The notes under the pieces: generated by a model
Told to the model about the DNA's origin: nothing
What the model saw: only the letters and a program-made list of their open reading frames with translations
Databases searched by the model: none
Made by a program: the position numbers and the translations under genes
IMG/VR virus record: IMGVR_UViG_3300026493_000016
Location: 1 to 64,000 of that record
From: a virus
DNA length: 64,000 bases
Direction: 5' to 3' (one strand)
In this document: in pieces, positions 47,454 to 56,104 of the stretch
How the letters are laid out: every line of letters begins with the position of its first letter
Numbering within the stretch: position 1 is the stretch's first letter

Positions 47454-47860
47454 CCTTTATAATAGTTTGTTTTACCTAACATTTCTACCAAACTGTTAAA
47501 CTCTAAATCTTTGAACATTTTTGCTAGTTCACTAGGATTAGCACCGTATACCATGTTACACCATAATGTTTCTTTTGTCAACCACTCTAGATAATTGTTT
47601 AAATGCTCCTGCTCGTCTGCTATAATTCTAGAAGTACCTACACCGCTGTACGCTGCTAAAACCCTAACCTCAGCATCGCAGTAATCATAAGATAGTAAAC
47701 TATCACCGTTGTAAACGACGTCTTGTATCGAGCCGTAAAACCCTGCATACCGTTCCGCATAATCACAAGTTTTCCCATACATTTCGGTAATAGCTCCAGC
47801 AGGTAAACCGCCACCCATTAAAAGACTTGTCTCAGTATCGAAAGCAATCATTTGTGTCAT
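47441..47860 (-). CDS. Motif-mosaic protein (Pol I exonuclease, RecA, Pol A motif A/B and Walker-like fragments)
   Basis: AFDTET; GGGLPAGAITEMYG; LLSYDYCDAEVRVLAAYSG; IIADE; VYGA; AAGGAG RBS. Confidence 0.75.
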   Translation of the reverse strand: MTQMIAFDTETSLLMGGGLPAGAITEMYGKTCDYAERYAGFYGSIQDVVYNGDSLLSYDYCDAEVRVLAAYSGVGTSRIIADEQEHLNNYLEWLTKETLWCNMVYGANPSELAKMFKDLEFNSLVEMLGKTNYYKGWSL

Positions 47861-48095
47861 TATCCTGCACTCCTTTTCCCAAACATTTATATTTAACTGG
47901 TACTTTTAGAAACTCTATAGGGTCATACTCTTTGAATTGTTCATCTTCCCAAGAATCCCAATACACCCACCATCTAACGATGAGTGTATTACGGTCAAAG
48001 TTCTCGTTTGAATATTCCCAGCCGTTTCCATTTGTAAGACTATCGCCGCTATTCATTTTCTCCACCTGCGAACGGGTGAATTTTAATACTTGCAA
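47832..48095 (-). CDS. Hypothetical protein
   Basis: ORF track; start likely MNSGDS. Confidence 0.55.
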   Translation of the reverse strand: MQVLKFTRSQVEKMNSGDSLTNGNGWEYSNENFDRNTLIVRWWVYWDSWEDEQFKEYDPIEFLKVPVKYKCLGKGVQDNDTNDCFRY

Positions 48096-48402
48096 TCGTT
48101 GAAAGCTGTTTGAATCCTGCTTCCTTTAGTGCCTCCGCTAAAGTCTCAACGAATGGATAGAATGTGAATGTTTCGTCATGTGTATGTTCTACAAATGCCT
48201 CTTTAGAAACCCACCCCTGTGCATTGCTATAATCAGGGTTTACATATTCGATTCCCGCGATAAGCTCCATATCAACCGATAAACCGAAATCGTTACTCAT
48301 TCCCATTTGATTAAAACTTTCTAACTTATAAATCATTGTTTCCTCCTCGTTGATTGCATAAAGTGCTCCAGAGAATTCAGTTTTACCGTATACGTTTGTC
48401 AT
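48049..48402 (-). CDS. Hypothetical acidic protein
   Basis: 117 aa, first gene of a cassette. Confidence 0.75.
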   Translation of the reverse strand: MTNVYGKTEFSGALYAINEEETMIYKLESFNQMGMSNDFGLSVDMELIAGIEYVNPDYSNAQGWVSKEAFVEHTHDETFTFYPFVETLAEALKEAGFKQLSTIASIKIHPFAGGENE

Positions 48403-48491
48403 TATAATCTACCATCCTTTAATTTGTATTTGTATTTCTTAACTGACTTAATTGTATCATATTAAAAGGGGGCTTGCAACCCCCTATTTTA

Positions 48492-48773
48492 TTAAAATGT
48501 AATCTCGATATCTGTGATATCATGACCGCTTAAAAGATAATCAATAGTTTTAAGAATGACATATTCCGCTCCATCATAATAAACATTCCCTAAAACTTCA
48601 CTAATGAATTGATTGTCGTCAAGTCCATCCCCGCCGATATAATTTGATGCTAAATCGATATCATAAGAATAGCCGTTAACCTCAACAGTGACCGCAATAC
48701 CTTCATTTAATACCTCAACAGCATCCTTATACCATACTTGACCTTTGATTAACTCATCATTTAATGTATACAT
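48492..48773 (-). CDS. Highly acidic hypothetical protein
   Basis: 93 aa. Confidence 0.7.
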   Translation of the reverse strand: MYTLNDELIKGQVWYKDAVEVLNEGIAVTVEVNGYSYDIDLASNYIGGDGLDDNQFISEVLGNVYYDGAEYVILKTIDYLLSGHDITDIEITF

Positions 48774-48774
48774 A

Positions 48775-49242
48775 TTATTTCCCCTCTTTCATAGTTTTTG
48801 TGATTTTGATTACTTGCGATAAAACAAGAGACATAAAGTTATGTTTATCGAACTCGTAAAGCCCCGCAATAGTATTACATAATTCACTTATACGGCTGTT
48901 ATGGACATGTCCATATTCTTTGTACTCTTTGATAATCTGCATTGCAACCTCTGTCGACTTAGATGCAAATAACTTATCTTTGTTGACTTCTAAATATAAA
49001 TCATACTCATCATCATTTAGCTGATTTTTACGCTTTAATACTAGTAACGGCAACATTAACGTTTCTGTTAAGTCATCTTTGAAGTTGTAACCCGTGTATT
49101 TACACTCAACAACGCCCTCGTCAATGCTCAGGTTATCTGTTACAATAACCGTTTCCATTAACACTTTCTTATACTTTTTGTTAAAAAGATTTGTGTTGAT
49201 AATTACCATTTCTTCACCTTTTTGAATTCTATCCGTAGTCAT
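48775..49242 (-). CDS. Hypothetical protein
   Basis: 155 aa, first gene of a cassette. Confidence 0.75.
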   Translation of the reverse strand: MTTDRIQKGEEMVIINTNLFNKKYKKVLMETVIVTDNLSIDEGVVECKYTGYNFKDDLTETLMLPLLVLKRKNQLNDDEYDLYLEVNKDKLFASKSTEVAMQIIKEYKEYGHVHNSRISELCNTIAGLYEFDKHNFMSLVLSQVIKITKTMKEGK

Positions 49243-49327
49243 ATGTAACTACCTCCATTAATTTGTATTTGTTTTCTTAACCTGTAATCATTGTATCATG
49301 AAACCTTTGAAACTGTCAACATTTATT

Positions 49328-49660
49328 TTACAAATCACTATCTTTTATCTTTCTAACATAGCAAACCCATGGGAACCCTTTTTCTTTCATTTCTGCGATT
49401 GCGTCGAACGTGTCAACGATTGCCGCGATAACATCTATCATCGGGCGGTTATTTCCTACAGCCGTTACTGACTCCGTTATACGCTCGTTGTGTACAGCAG
49501 AGATAACAATGTCTTTAGTTAATGAATGAGCTTGTATATACAGTTCGTTCCCTACTTCATTTACTAAATGAAAATAGTTAGGTTTAACCCCTTTCAACTT
49601 CATGAACATAGAACCTTCAAACTCTCTCGCAACATCCTGTACAGTTATTAAGTTTTTCAT
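49328..49660 (-). CDS. Hypothetical protein
   Basis: 110 aa, cassette gene. Confidence 0.75.
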   Translation of the reverse strand: MKNLITVQDVAREFEGSMFMKLKGVKPNYFHLVNEVGNELYIQAHSLTKDIVISAVHNERITESVTAVGNNRPMIDVIAAIVDTFDAIAEMKEKGFPWVCYVRKIKDSDL

Positions 49661-49841
49661 ATGTAACTACCACCTTATAAGTTTTTGTATTTCTTAACTG
49701 ACTTCATTGTATCATGTATGTAAGGGGGTTGCAACCCCCTATTTTATTAAAATGAATAATGTACTATTAAGTTAGATAAAACATGAAGTAGACCAAACCC
49801 GACACCAGTGTACACCGCTATTTTTAAACTGCCTCGCATGC

Positions 49842-50177
49842 TCATTTGTTTCGCTCCTCCTGTGCTTCCTCTATTAAACATTGCACTTTCGTTGTAACCT
49901 TGTTACTCGCCATCGAGAAACCTTTTAACTCTAGTTCTTCACGTAGACTATTAGACCACGCGAACCAAACCATGTACGCCGCCCTTGCCTCATCCTCAGC
50001 CCTATTAGAGTATTTGAATCTGTCAATATACTCCCCGTTCTCCAGACCTGCTAAAAGGTACACGTTAAGGTCATACATTAATATTGCGCCTTCCTTTTGT
50101 TCCCCAACATCCAAACCGAATACCGCCTGTGAATCATTACTGATAACTACAAATTGAAAGTCGTTAACATTAAACAT
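49842..50177 (-). CDS. Hypothetical protein
   Basis: 111 aa. Confidence 0.7.
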   Translation of the reverse strand: MFNVNDFQFVVISNDSQAVFGLDVGEQKEGAILMYDLNVYLLAGLENGEYIDRFKYSNRAEDEARAAYMVWFAWSNSLREELELKGFSMASNKVTTKVQCLIEEAQEERNK

Positions 50178-50365
50178 TAGTATCTTACCTCCTCAAAAAG
50201 TTCGTTCCATAATTCACTTACTAACGCCATTCTAATTCCGCGACAATCCGCAATTAACGCTATGCACTGTTTTTTACTCATAGCCCCGCTTATAACGTCC
50301 TCATGTGCTTCTTTAATGTCTTCCATAACCTGTGCAATGTTGTTTTGTCTTAGTTTAACTTGCAT
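50177..50365 (-). CDS. Hypothetical protein
   Basis: 62 aa, coupled start. Confidence 0.65.
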   Translation of the reverse strand: MQVKLRQNNIAQVMEDIKEAHEDVISGAMSKKQCIALIADCRGIRMALVSELWNELFEEVRY

Positions 50366-50814
50366 TACTTCCCACCCCCTATAACACGCTCTGTTGTTGG
50401 TACGCTTACTAGTTTCTTATCTAACAAGCTTATGATATCCTCTAACTGCCATAACCCTAATATGACAGTGTGACCGTACGAACGGAACATGACATCCAAG
50501 TCGTTGATATTCATTTCAATAGTTAACTTTGTATTGTCGCTTTCTGGACATATAACAACTTCTTTTTCGCTCATTTCCTTATCACCTGCATTCATACTTT
50601 CAAAGAATAATACTAATGTTTCTTTAAATAATTCAGCCTCTGCACCACTAAGTACATTAGAAACGGTTTGCGTTTCTTCTCCGTAGTCAACTGCCAAACT
50701 GACCATAACCTCATTTTTAGAATCCTTATGGACTCGGATATAATCCCCTGTACCGTACTTACATTCGAACATTACCATTTCACTAACCACTTGTAACTTG
50801 TCTACGTTTTTCAT
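50365..50814 (-). CDS. Expanded paralog family member
   Basis: 149 aa, similar to 44704-45135. Confidence 0.75.
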   Translation of the reverse strand: MKNVDKLQVVSEMVMFECKYGTGDYIRVHKDSKNEVMVSLAVDYGEETQTVSNVLSGAEAELFKETLVLFFESMNAGDKEMSEKEVVICPESDNTKLTIEMNINDLDVMFRSYGHTVILGLWQLEDIISLLDKKLVSVPTTERVIGGGK

Positions 50815-50896
50815 ATTTAACTACCACCTTATAAGTATTTGTTTTCTTTAGCCTGTAATCATTGTATCATATGTATTTTCTAGATGTCAACACTTT

Positions 50897-51100
50897 TTAT
50901 ATTACCTTATAACTCTCACTGACACCCTCATCAGTGACAAACGTTTCAACCACTAGATTACAGACGCACTCCGGACATATCACGGGTTCCCCATGGTACG
51001 CAACCGCGTAACATTCACCGTTTGCACAGTGATATACAAATCTATCATCAATCACAGCCCCATGCGCTTTATAGTTTGTGAACGAGACCACTTGACACAT
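50897..51100 (-). CDS. Small zinc-ribbon protein
   Basis: CANGEC...CPEC. Confidence 0.65.
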   Translation of the reverse strand: MCQVVSFTNYKAHGAVIDDRFVYHCANGECYAVAYHGEPVICPECVCNLVVETFVTDEGVSESYKVI

Positions 51101-51395
51101 GTTACAAAGCCCCCTCTATTACTGTGACTTTGTCGTTTTTCAAGTCTACTACATGCATTGTTCCCTCATAGTCATTGATAACCCAGATTGTACGAGAACC
51201 CACACAAGTTGTAACTGTACCCGTGAATTTATACCCCATTTGAGTTTTAACACTAACCTTAGAACCTTCTTTAATTGTCATATGAATCTACCACCTTATA
51301 AGTATTTGTTTTCTTAACCTGTAATCATTGTATCATATGTATAATAGGAAGACAAGCCCCTATTTAAAATATTAAGCTTGTCCACCTTTATTATT

Positions 51396-52376
51396 TTAGA
51401 ACTGTATTTCTTCGTTCTCTGTGCTCCACACTACATTAACACCAGCGTTTCTAAGTGCTGCACACAAGTCTACCGCCTTTTTACACTCTGTTGTCGAAGG
51501 GTTGAAGTTGTCCATTCCCGCATAATCAAGTATAGCTGAGATTCTTTCATATGGTTCCGCGTCCATGCTAATTCCTGCATACTCGTTAATATCATACCAG
51601 TTAATCCAACCATCGTTTAAATCAATATACATACTATCTAAATAGAATGATTCAAATTCGTTACCGGACACACGCTCCACATAATAACTATTGTCTGTGT
51701 CTTCGTCTTTCTTGATAAACATTGCGCCCTCTGTGATAGTTACATCACCGATATTTTCCCAATCTTGATTATCAAGGGCTTGTCCCATTTCAAGACCTGC
51801 AATATATGAATCAATGAATTCTTCCAACTGAGAAAACATTTCGTCATCCATGTAATCAAACTCACTATAGCTATTTTCCGCCTCGTCTGCATAGTTTTCA
51901 ATTTCCTGCTCAATACCTTCTATGTCCATTTGTGTTACATGCTTGTCCACTAACATTTTATTAACACGGTAAACGATGTAGTTATATAGAATCTCATTTC
52001 TATTTGCTTGTAACTCACTATCTAAAAGATATAGATAAGCGTTTAACATTGTGTCATTCATGTCCTCCGGATTAACGACAACCATTCCCTCACTTATTGC
52101 ATCTTGAAAGGCGTCACGTGCGTCTCTCATCATTGTCCAGATATCATAAGTACTATCGGTACTATAGCGGTCAACCATATCAGAGATAACTCTGTCGAGG
52201 TCTCCGGATTGGTTATCCTCTACAATAAAACGTAATGCTTGACGAGTAACGCGGTTCCCTTCACTATCACATAATTCCTCGTTGTAACCATCATATAATG
52301 GGAAATTAAATTCCTTGCTTTCGATTTGAACTACTTCTTTTTCCTCAACTTGTACTAATTCATTTACGTTTGTCAT
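51396..52376 (-). CDS. Highly acidic protein with Ocr-like (DNA-mimic) N-terminal domain
   Basis: DLDRVISDMVD..YDIWTMM..EGMV..DMNDTMLNAYLYLL..EILYNY aligns by eye with T7 Ocr DLHDAIHMAAD..ADIFSVM..SGLM..DVIRILQARIYEQL..DLLNEY. Confidence 0.6.
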   Translation of the reverse strand: MTNVNELVQVEEKEVVQIESKEFNFPLYDGYNEELCDSEGNRVTRQALRFIVEDNQSGDLDRVISDMVDRYSTDSTYDIWTMMRDARDAFQDAISEGMVVVNPEDMNDTMLNAYLYLLDSELQANRNEILYNYIVYRVNKMLVDKHVTQMDIEGIEQEIENYADEAENSYSEFDYMDDEMFSQLEEFIDSYIAGLEMGQALDNQDWENIGDVTITEGAMFIKKDEDTDNSYYVERVSGNEFESFYLDSMYIDLNDGWINWYDINEYAGISMDAEPYERISAILDYAGMDNFNPSTTECKKAVDLCAALRNAGVNVVWSTENEEIQF

Positions 52377-52542
52377 TTAAAACTACCACCTTATAAGTTT
52401 TTTTGTATTTCTTAACTGACTTCATTGTAACATATGCCGTCGAAAAGTGTCAACACTTTTTTTTATTGGCAACCCCCGCCCTTATTAGGCGGGACGCTCT
52501 GGACTTAATGCCCTTTGACTTTCGTCACTGTCCAGACAGTTC

Positions 52543-52824
52543 TTACCAAGGCGCACCCCATTTATTGGGAGTGTAGAATGCCTTCATTTCTTCTTTCGTT
52601 TTGAATTGAAGTAATTCACCTTTCTTTTGTTTAGGTTTGTTAGCACAAATGTAAACGTATTTCATTTCCTCGCGACCTGTTCCGTTACCTGCTACAATTT
52701 GCGCTTCTTCATAAGATTCACATTCGAAAGCTAATTTGTTTTTACGGTCTTTAGCTTCACCCCACCCGCTCATGAAAGTATCAATCATAGTAACATAATA
52801 TTTGTAATCTGGAGTTTTCTTCAT
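52543..52824 (-). CDS. Hypothetical protein
   Basis: 93 aa, YYVTMIDTFMSGWG. Confidence 0.75.
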   Translation of the reverse strand: MKKTPDYKYYVTMIDTFMSGWGEAKDRKNKLAFECESYEEAQIVAGNGTGREEMKYVYICANKPKQKKGELLQFKTKEEMKAFYTPNKWGAPW

Positions 52825-52904
52825 TTTAATCTACCTACCTTTTTTTTTAGTTGTTTTCTTAACCTGTAATCATTATAGCATGTCCAGTTTTATAATGCAA
52901 GCGT

Positions 52905-53120
52905 TTATTTCCAAATTCCGTCGATTAATTCATTTTCATTTAAATCAAAGCGACCAACCAATTCACTTACAATGTACCCTAAAGACTTAAGTGTCTTTTG
53001 TTTGACGCCGCGACCGTCCATTTCATCTTTAACCATTTCAACACTTATACGGTGATACGCTAACATTAACTTTGTATCAGACATTTCTTTAACTTCATTG
53101 CGCTTATACATCAAGCCCAA
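52905..53120 (-). CDS. Hypothetical protein
   Basis: 71 aa. Confidence 0.65.
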   Translation of the reverse strand: MGLMYKRNEVKEMSDTKLMLAYHRISVEMVKDEMDGRGVKQKTLKSLGYIVSELVGRFDLNENELIDGIWK

Positions 53121-53380
53121 CCCCTTTCAATATCGTAACTAAAGTTTATCACAGCCGTTACAATCATGTCAAGCGTTCTTTTTCCTATATTCACGAAATA
53201 AGAAAATTCTTCGTTTACGATTGCTAGGTATATCATACTAGCCTTGTAGCATGTCATGTTAAGTCTAACACCTAGATATCTTTCTACTAATAAGCGTAAC
53301 TTTGTAGAATCATAAGAACACCTTTTATCGATAGCTTTAATGCACTCTTGAGCTCGCAAGACCATTTCTTTTTTAGTCAT
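53111..53380 (-). CDS. Hypothetical protein
   Basis: 89 aa, first gene of a cassette. Confidence 0.7.
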   Translation of the reverse strand: MTKKEMVLRAQECIKAIDKRCSYDSTKLRLLVERYLGVRLNMTCYKASMIYLAIVNEEFSYFVNIGKRTLDMIVTAVINFSYDIERGWA

Positions 53381-53461
53381 ATGTAACTACCACCTTATAA
53401 AGTTATTTGCATTTCTTAACCTGTAATCATTGTATCATGTATGTAAGGGGGTTGCAACCCC

Positions 53462-53665
53462 CTATTTTAATTTAATTCTAATATACTTGTACCCGTTAAT
53501 ATCACCAATATCAGAAGTGTAACTAATTCCTAGTATGTCTAGTACGTCTTTTAACTGATATGAGCTAACATTACTAGTGAAAAATACATCAAAGAATCCG
53601 TAGTGCATAAGCTCATGCAATGCACCATGTAATGCAAGTAAACTCTTATGATTGGATGAAGTCAT
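53462..53665 (-). CDS. Hypothetical protein
   Basis: 67 aa. Confidence 0.5.
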   Translation of the reverse strand: MTSSNHKSLLALHGALHELMHYGFFDVFFTSNVSSYQLKDVLDILGISYTSDIGDINGYKYIRIKLK

Positions 53666-53912
53666 CTTGTGTCAACCCCGTTTCGTATAATCTCGCATCA
53701 CTAGAACTATACCAAGCTTCCTCATTCATATTATCGTCTAACATTTCCAACTTATTAGAAATATCATTAATAGATTGCTCGTGTTGTCTAATCATAGTTT
53801 TTAACGCCTGTCTTTCTTCTCCTGTAGTAGCTGCGTCGAATGCATCCATTAAGAACTCAAGATTATCCTGCAATCCTTCTCGTTGCTCCTGTAATGTTTC
53901 TGCTGTTTTCAT
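53646..53912 (-). CDS. Acidic coiled-coil protein
   Basis: 88 aa, GGAGGT RBS. Confidence 0.7.
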   Translation of the reverse strand: MKTAETLQEQREGLQDNLEFLMDAFDAATTGEERQALKTMIRQHEQSINDISNKLEMLDDNMNEEAWYSSSDARLYETGLTQDDFIQS

Positions 53913-53931
53913 TTTAACGACCTCCAGTTAT

Positions 53932-54132
53932 TTAGTTTTCAATGTCCAATAATTCATAATACGACTCATAGAAATCAAGATAGAAACGTCTATCATATTC
54001 GCCTTCTATAATGTCTAACGTTTCGTTAAACTCTATGACTTCTTTCATAGAAGTTCGAGGGGCGTCAAACCCTTTAACAAAATCCTTCACCTTCATGACA
54101 AAGGTTTTATCATCTAATAACTCCCAATCCAT
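53932..54132 (-). CDS. Hypothetical acidic protein
   Basis: 66 aa. Confidence 0.65.
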   Translation of the reverse strand: MDWELLDDKTFVMKVKDFVKGFDAPRTSMKEVIEFNETLDIIEGEYDRRFYLDFYESYYELLDIEN

Positions 54133-54302
54133 TATTTTTCCACCTTCTTACTTTTGCGCAGCGCCTTTAACATTTCATTACTATTACTATTGTTAAATTT
54201 ACGTACCGCGCGGTGTTGGCTTTTAATGCTTGTCCCACCTTTATATAACGTAGGTTCTTTAGTCATCATAGTCTACCTCCTTATTAAGTTAACCTTAGTT
54301 TA

Positions 54303-54890
54303 CTAAAATTGTGACAGTCTGTCAATACAATCTTTTAGAGTTTTTTCTAATCTTTCGATATTGCGGTTTGCTTCCTTTAAATCGCACACAAGCACATCTA
54401 AAACAGTGTCATTTGTCACGCTTGTCATACTTGAAATAATGCTAACTTTTTCATTAGTAAAGAACTGTAAATCTTTCTTACATTCATCAATCTTAAGTGT
54501 AACCTTTTCCTTCTTATAGTCCATACCTTCAAATTCAATACCCTTGTGTGTTAACCACTTTTCAAATAACAAACAAGTTTTCTGTAAGTCTATTTCATTA
54601 ATCCTTATAATTTGGCGGTTTAGTTCGACCGCGGTCATTTTTGAGTTAACCATATACTTAAAGTATAAAGCACGCTCACTTTTGTATAGGTCATGCTCAC
54701 GACGAAAATGTTTGTGCATAGATTTTACAAAGTTTACAACTTCTTCTTTTTCTAAATAAATAGTTGTAAGCGCTACGCCTCCGCTATCTGTAATAGAGAC
54801 GATTAATTCACATTGACTTAACGCTTCCCTAACTTCTAATTGACGCCCCATTTGCTCGTTAACTACTTCCAACTTATCTGTAAATCTCAT
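54303..54890 (-). CDS. Hypothetical protein with C-terminal coiled coil
   Basis: 195 aa, cassette gene. Confidence 0.75.
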   Translation of the reverse strand: MRFTDKLEVVNEQMGRQLEVREALSQCELIVSITDSGGVALTTIYLEKEEVVNFVKSMHKHFRREHDLYKSERALYFKYMVNSKMTAVELNRQIIRINEIDLQKTCLLFEKWLTHKGIEFEGMDYKKEKVTLKIDECKKDLQFFTNEKVSIISSMTSVTNDTVLDVLVCDLKEANRNIERLEKTLKDCIDRLSQF

Positions 54891-54939
54891 TTTTAACTAC
54901 CTCCATTAATTTGTTATTTTCTTAACTGATTCCATTGTA

Positions 54940-55146
54940 TCACACATATCTTATTTGTACAACACTTTTTGAAACTCTTTTTATTTTACCTTGATGTGTA
55001 TGTGATACGCATGCAATGAACATTGTATCACCTGTTATGTATAGCACTTGATATTCTTTATTGTTGTATGCAAACACATCGCCGTAACTGTATACGCGTC
55101 TTACAAAGAAACTGATATTACTATCAACTATGTATGCTCTTGTCAT
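54940..55146 (-). CDS. Hypothetical protein
   Basis: 68 aa, GAGGAGGGG RBS, promoter TTGCAA..TACGAT. Confidence 0.65.
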   Translation of the reverse strand: MTRAYIVDSNISFFVRRVYSYGDVFAYNNKEYQVLYITGDTMFIACVSHTHQGKIKRVSKSVVQIRYV

Positions 55147-55310
55147 CTTGTCCCCTCCTCTCGTTTAACTCTGTAAACATCGTAACATGGTAAACAAGGA
55201 AATTGCAACTATTATTTTAAATAACTTTTTTATGTTTCCTATAATGGAAGAAACTATTCACAAAACACGAACAAACCCAGTCGCACCAAGGGTTTACAGG
55301 GTTTTAAAAT

Positions 55311-55345
55311 AAATAAAAAAGCCTGACAGAATTGTCAGACTCTTT
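55311..55345 (-). terminator. Terminator hairpin
   Basis: GTCTGACAATTCTGTCAGGC followed by TTTTTTATTT on minus strand. Confidence 0.7.
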
Positions 55346-55396
55346 ATAACTACCACTATTATTCTTGGTCGGCGCCTCTTGTGTTCCAGTGAGCTA

Positions 55397-55849
55397 CTAG
55401 TCAAATGAACCGCATGAATCTGAGGAGCTACTAGAACCCCCTCCGTCGTCATTGTAACTGCGCCCACAACTTGGAGCTGGTGAGCTACTAGGCGTATACG
55501 TCGGTGTGTTAGGTGATGTAAAGAACGACACACTCAAATCATCTCTATCATCCCAGTTCTTACGCGTATCTTTAGGTCTAGTAGGTGTAGGTGGTCTCTT
55601 TACATGAAGCCTAAACCCTTTATCACTCAATGGTGTTTTATGTTTGCTAGGGTTAAAGTTACTCTTAATTAGATACTCTCGCGTCTCTCGTCTAACCTCT
55701 TCCAACCTAGCTTTATTATTCGCCTCAACAGCGTCATTCATGTCCTTACTTAATCGTCTATCCTTGTTCTTTGGAGGTGTACTATTAGAATACATACGCA
55801 CAATAAAGTATATTGCACACAGTCCAAAGAATGCTAATAAGATACTCAT
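55397..55849 (-). CDS. Membrane-anchored protein with Ser/Gly/Asp-rich tail
   Basis: N-terminal TM; DDGGGSSSSSDSCGSFD. Confidence 0.75.
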   Translation of the reverse strand: MSILLAFFGLCAIYFIVRMYSNSTPPKNKDRRLSKDMNDAVEANNKARLEEVRRETREYLIKSNFNPSKHKTPLSDKGFRLHVKRPPTPTRPKDTRKNWDDRDDLSVSFFTSPNTPTYTPSSSPAPSCGRSYNDDGGGSSSSSDSCGSFD

Positions 55850-55873
55850 ACCCTCATCCTTTCTAGGGAGCTA

Positions 55874-56104
55874 CTAGTTTACTAGTGAGCTCTCCACAGC
55901 TTTTAGAATTTTCTCAAATGCTTTAACACCAATTACTTTACGTGTTCCGTTCTTCCACCCTGTAGGGCTCATATACATTGGTTCCAAAACATAAGATGGG
56001 TTCGAACCTTTGTAACATTTCTTAACCGTGAATTTATTTTTATCATCCGTTTGCTCACTATAAATTTCTTCTTCTTTATCCCAACCTGTCCATTCTTTCG
56101 CCAT
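55874..56104 (-). CDS. Hypothetical protein (PC4-like)
   Basis: FTVKKCYKG..YVLEPMY..GWKNG..IGVKAFEKIL pattern. Confidence 0.6.
   Translation of the reverse strand: MAKEWTGWDKEEEIYSEQTDDKNKFTVKKCYKGSNPSYVLEPMYMSPTGWKNGTRKVIGVKAFEKILKAVESSLVN

Larger units (their letters stand above)
44610..54962 (-). repeat. Dispersed repeated early promoter/leader/RBS cassette (at least 11 copies)
   Basis: TTG(C/A)(A/C)A-17/18-TACAAT-GA(AGTCA/TTACAG)GTTAAGAAA...AAGGTGGTAG-ATG near 44.65, 45.18, 48.45, 49.29, 49.71, 50.86, 51.33, 52.42, 52.87, 53.43 and 54.93 kb; GGGGGTTGCAACCCCC palindrome at 45197, 49724, 53447. Confidence 0.9.

Noticed and set aside
47441-47860. Degraded DNA polymerase pseudogene
   Set aside because: Motifs derive from several different enzyme families, sit in one open frame with a good RBS, and lack the hundreds of intervening residues.
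44610-54962. True integron (attC cassettes)
   Set aside because: No integrase in the window; the repeats are promoters/leaders and lack attC RYYYAAC/GTTRRRY structure.
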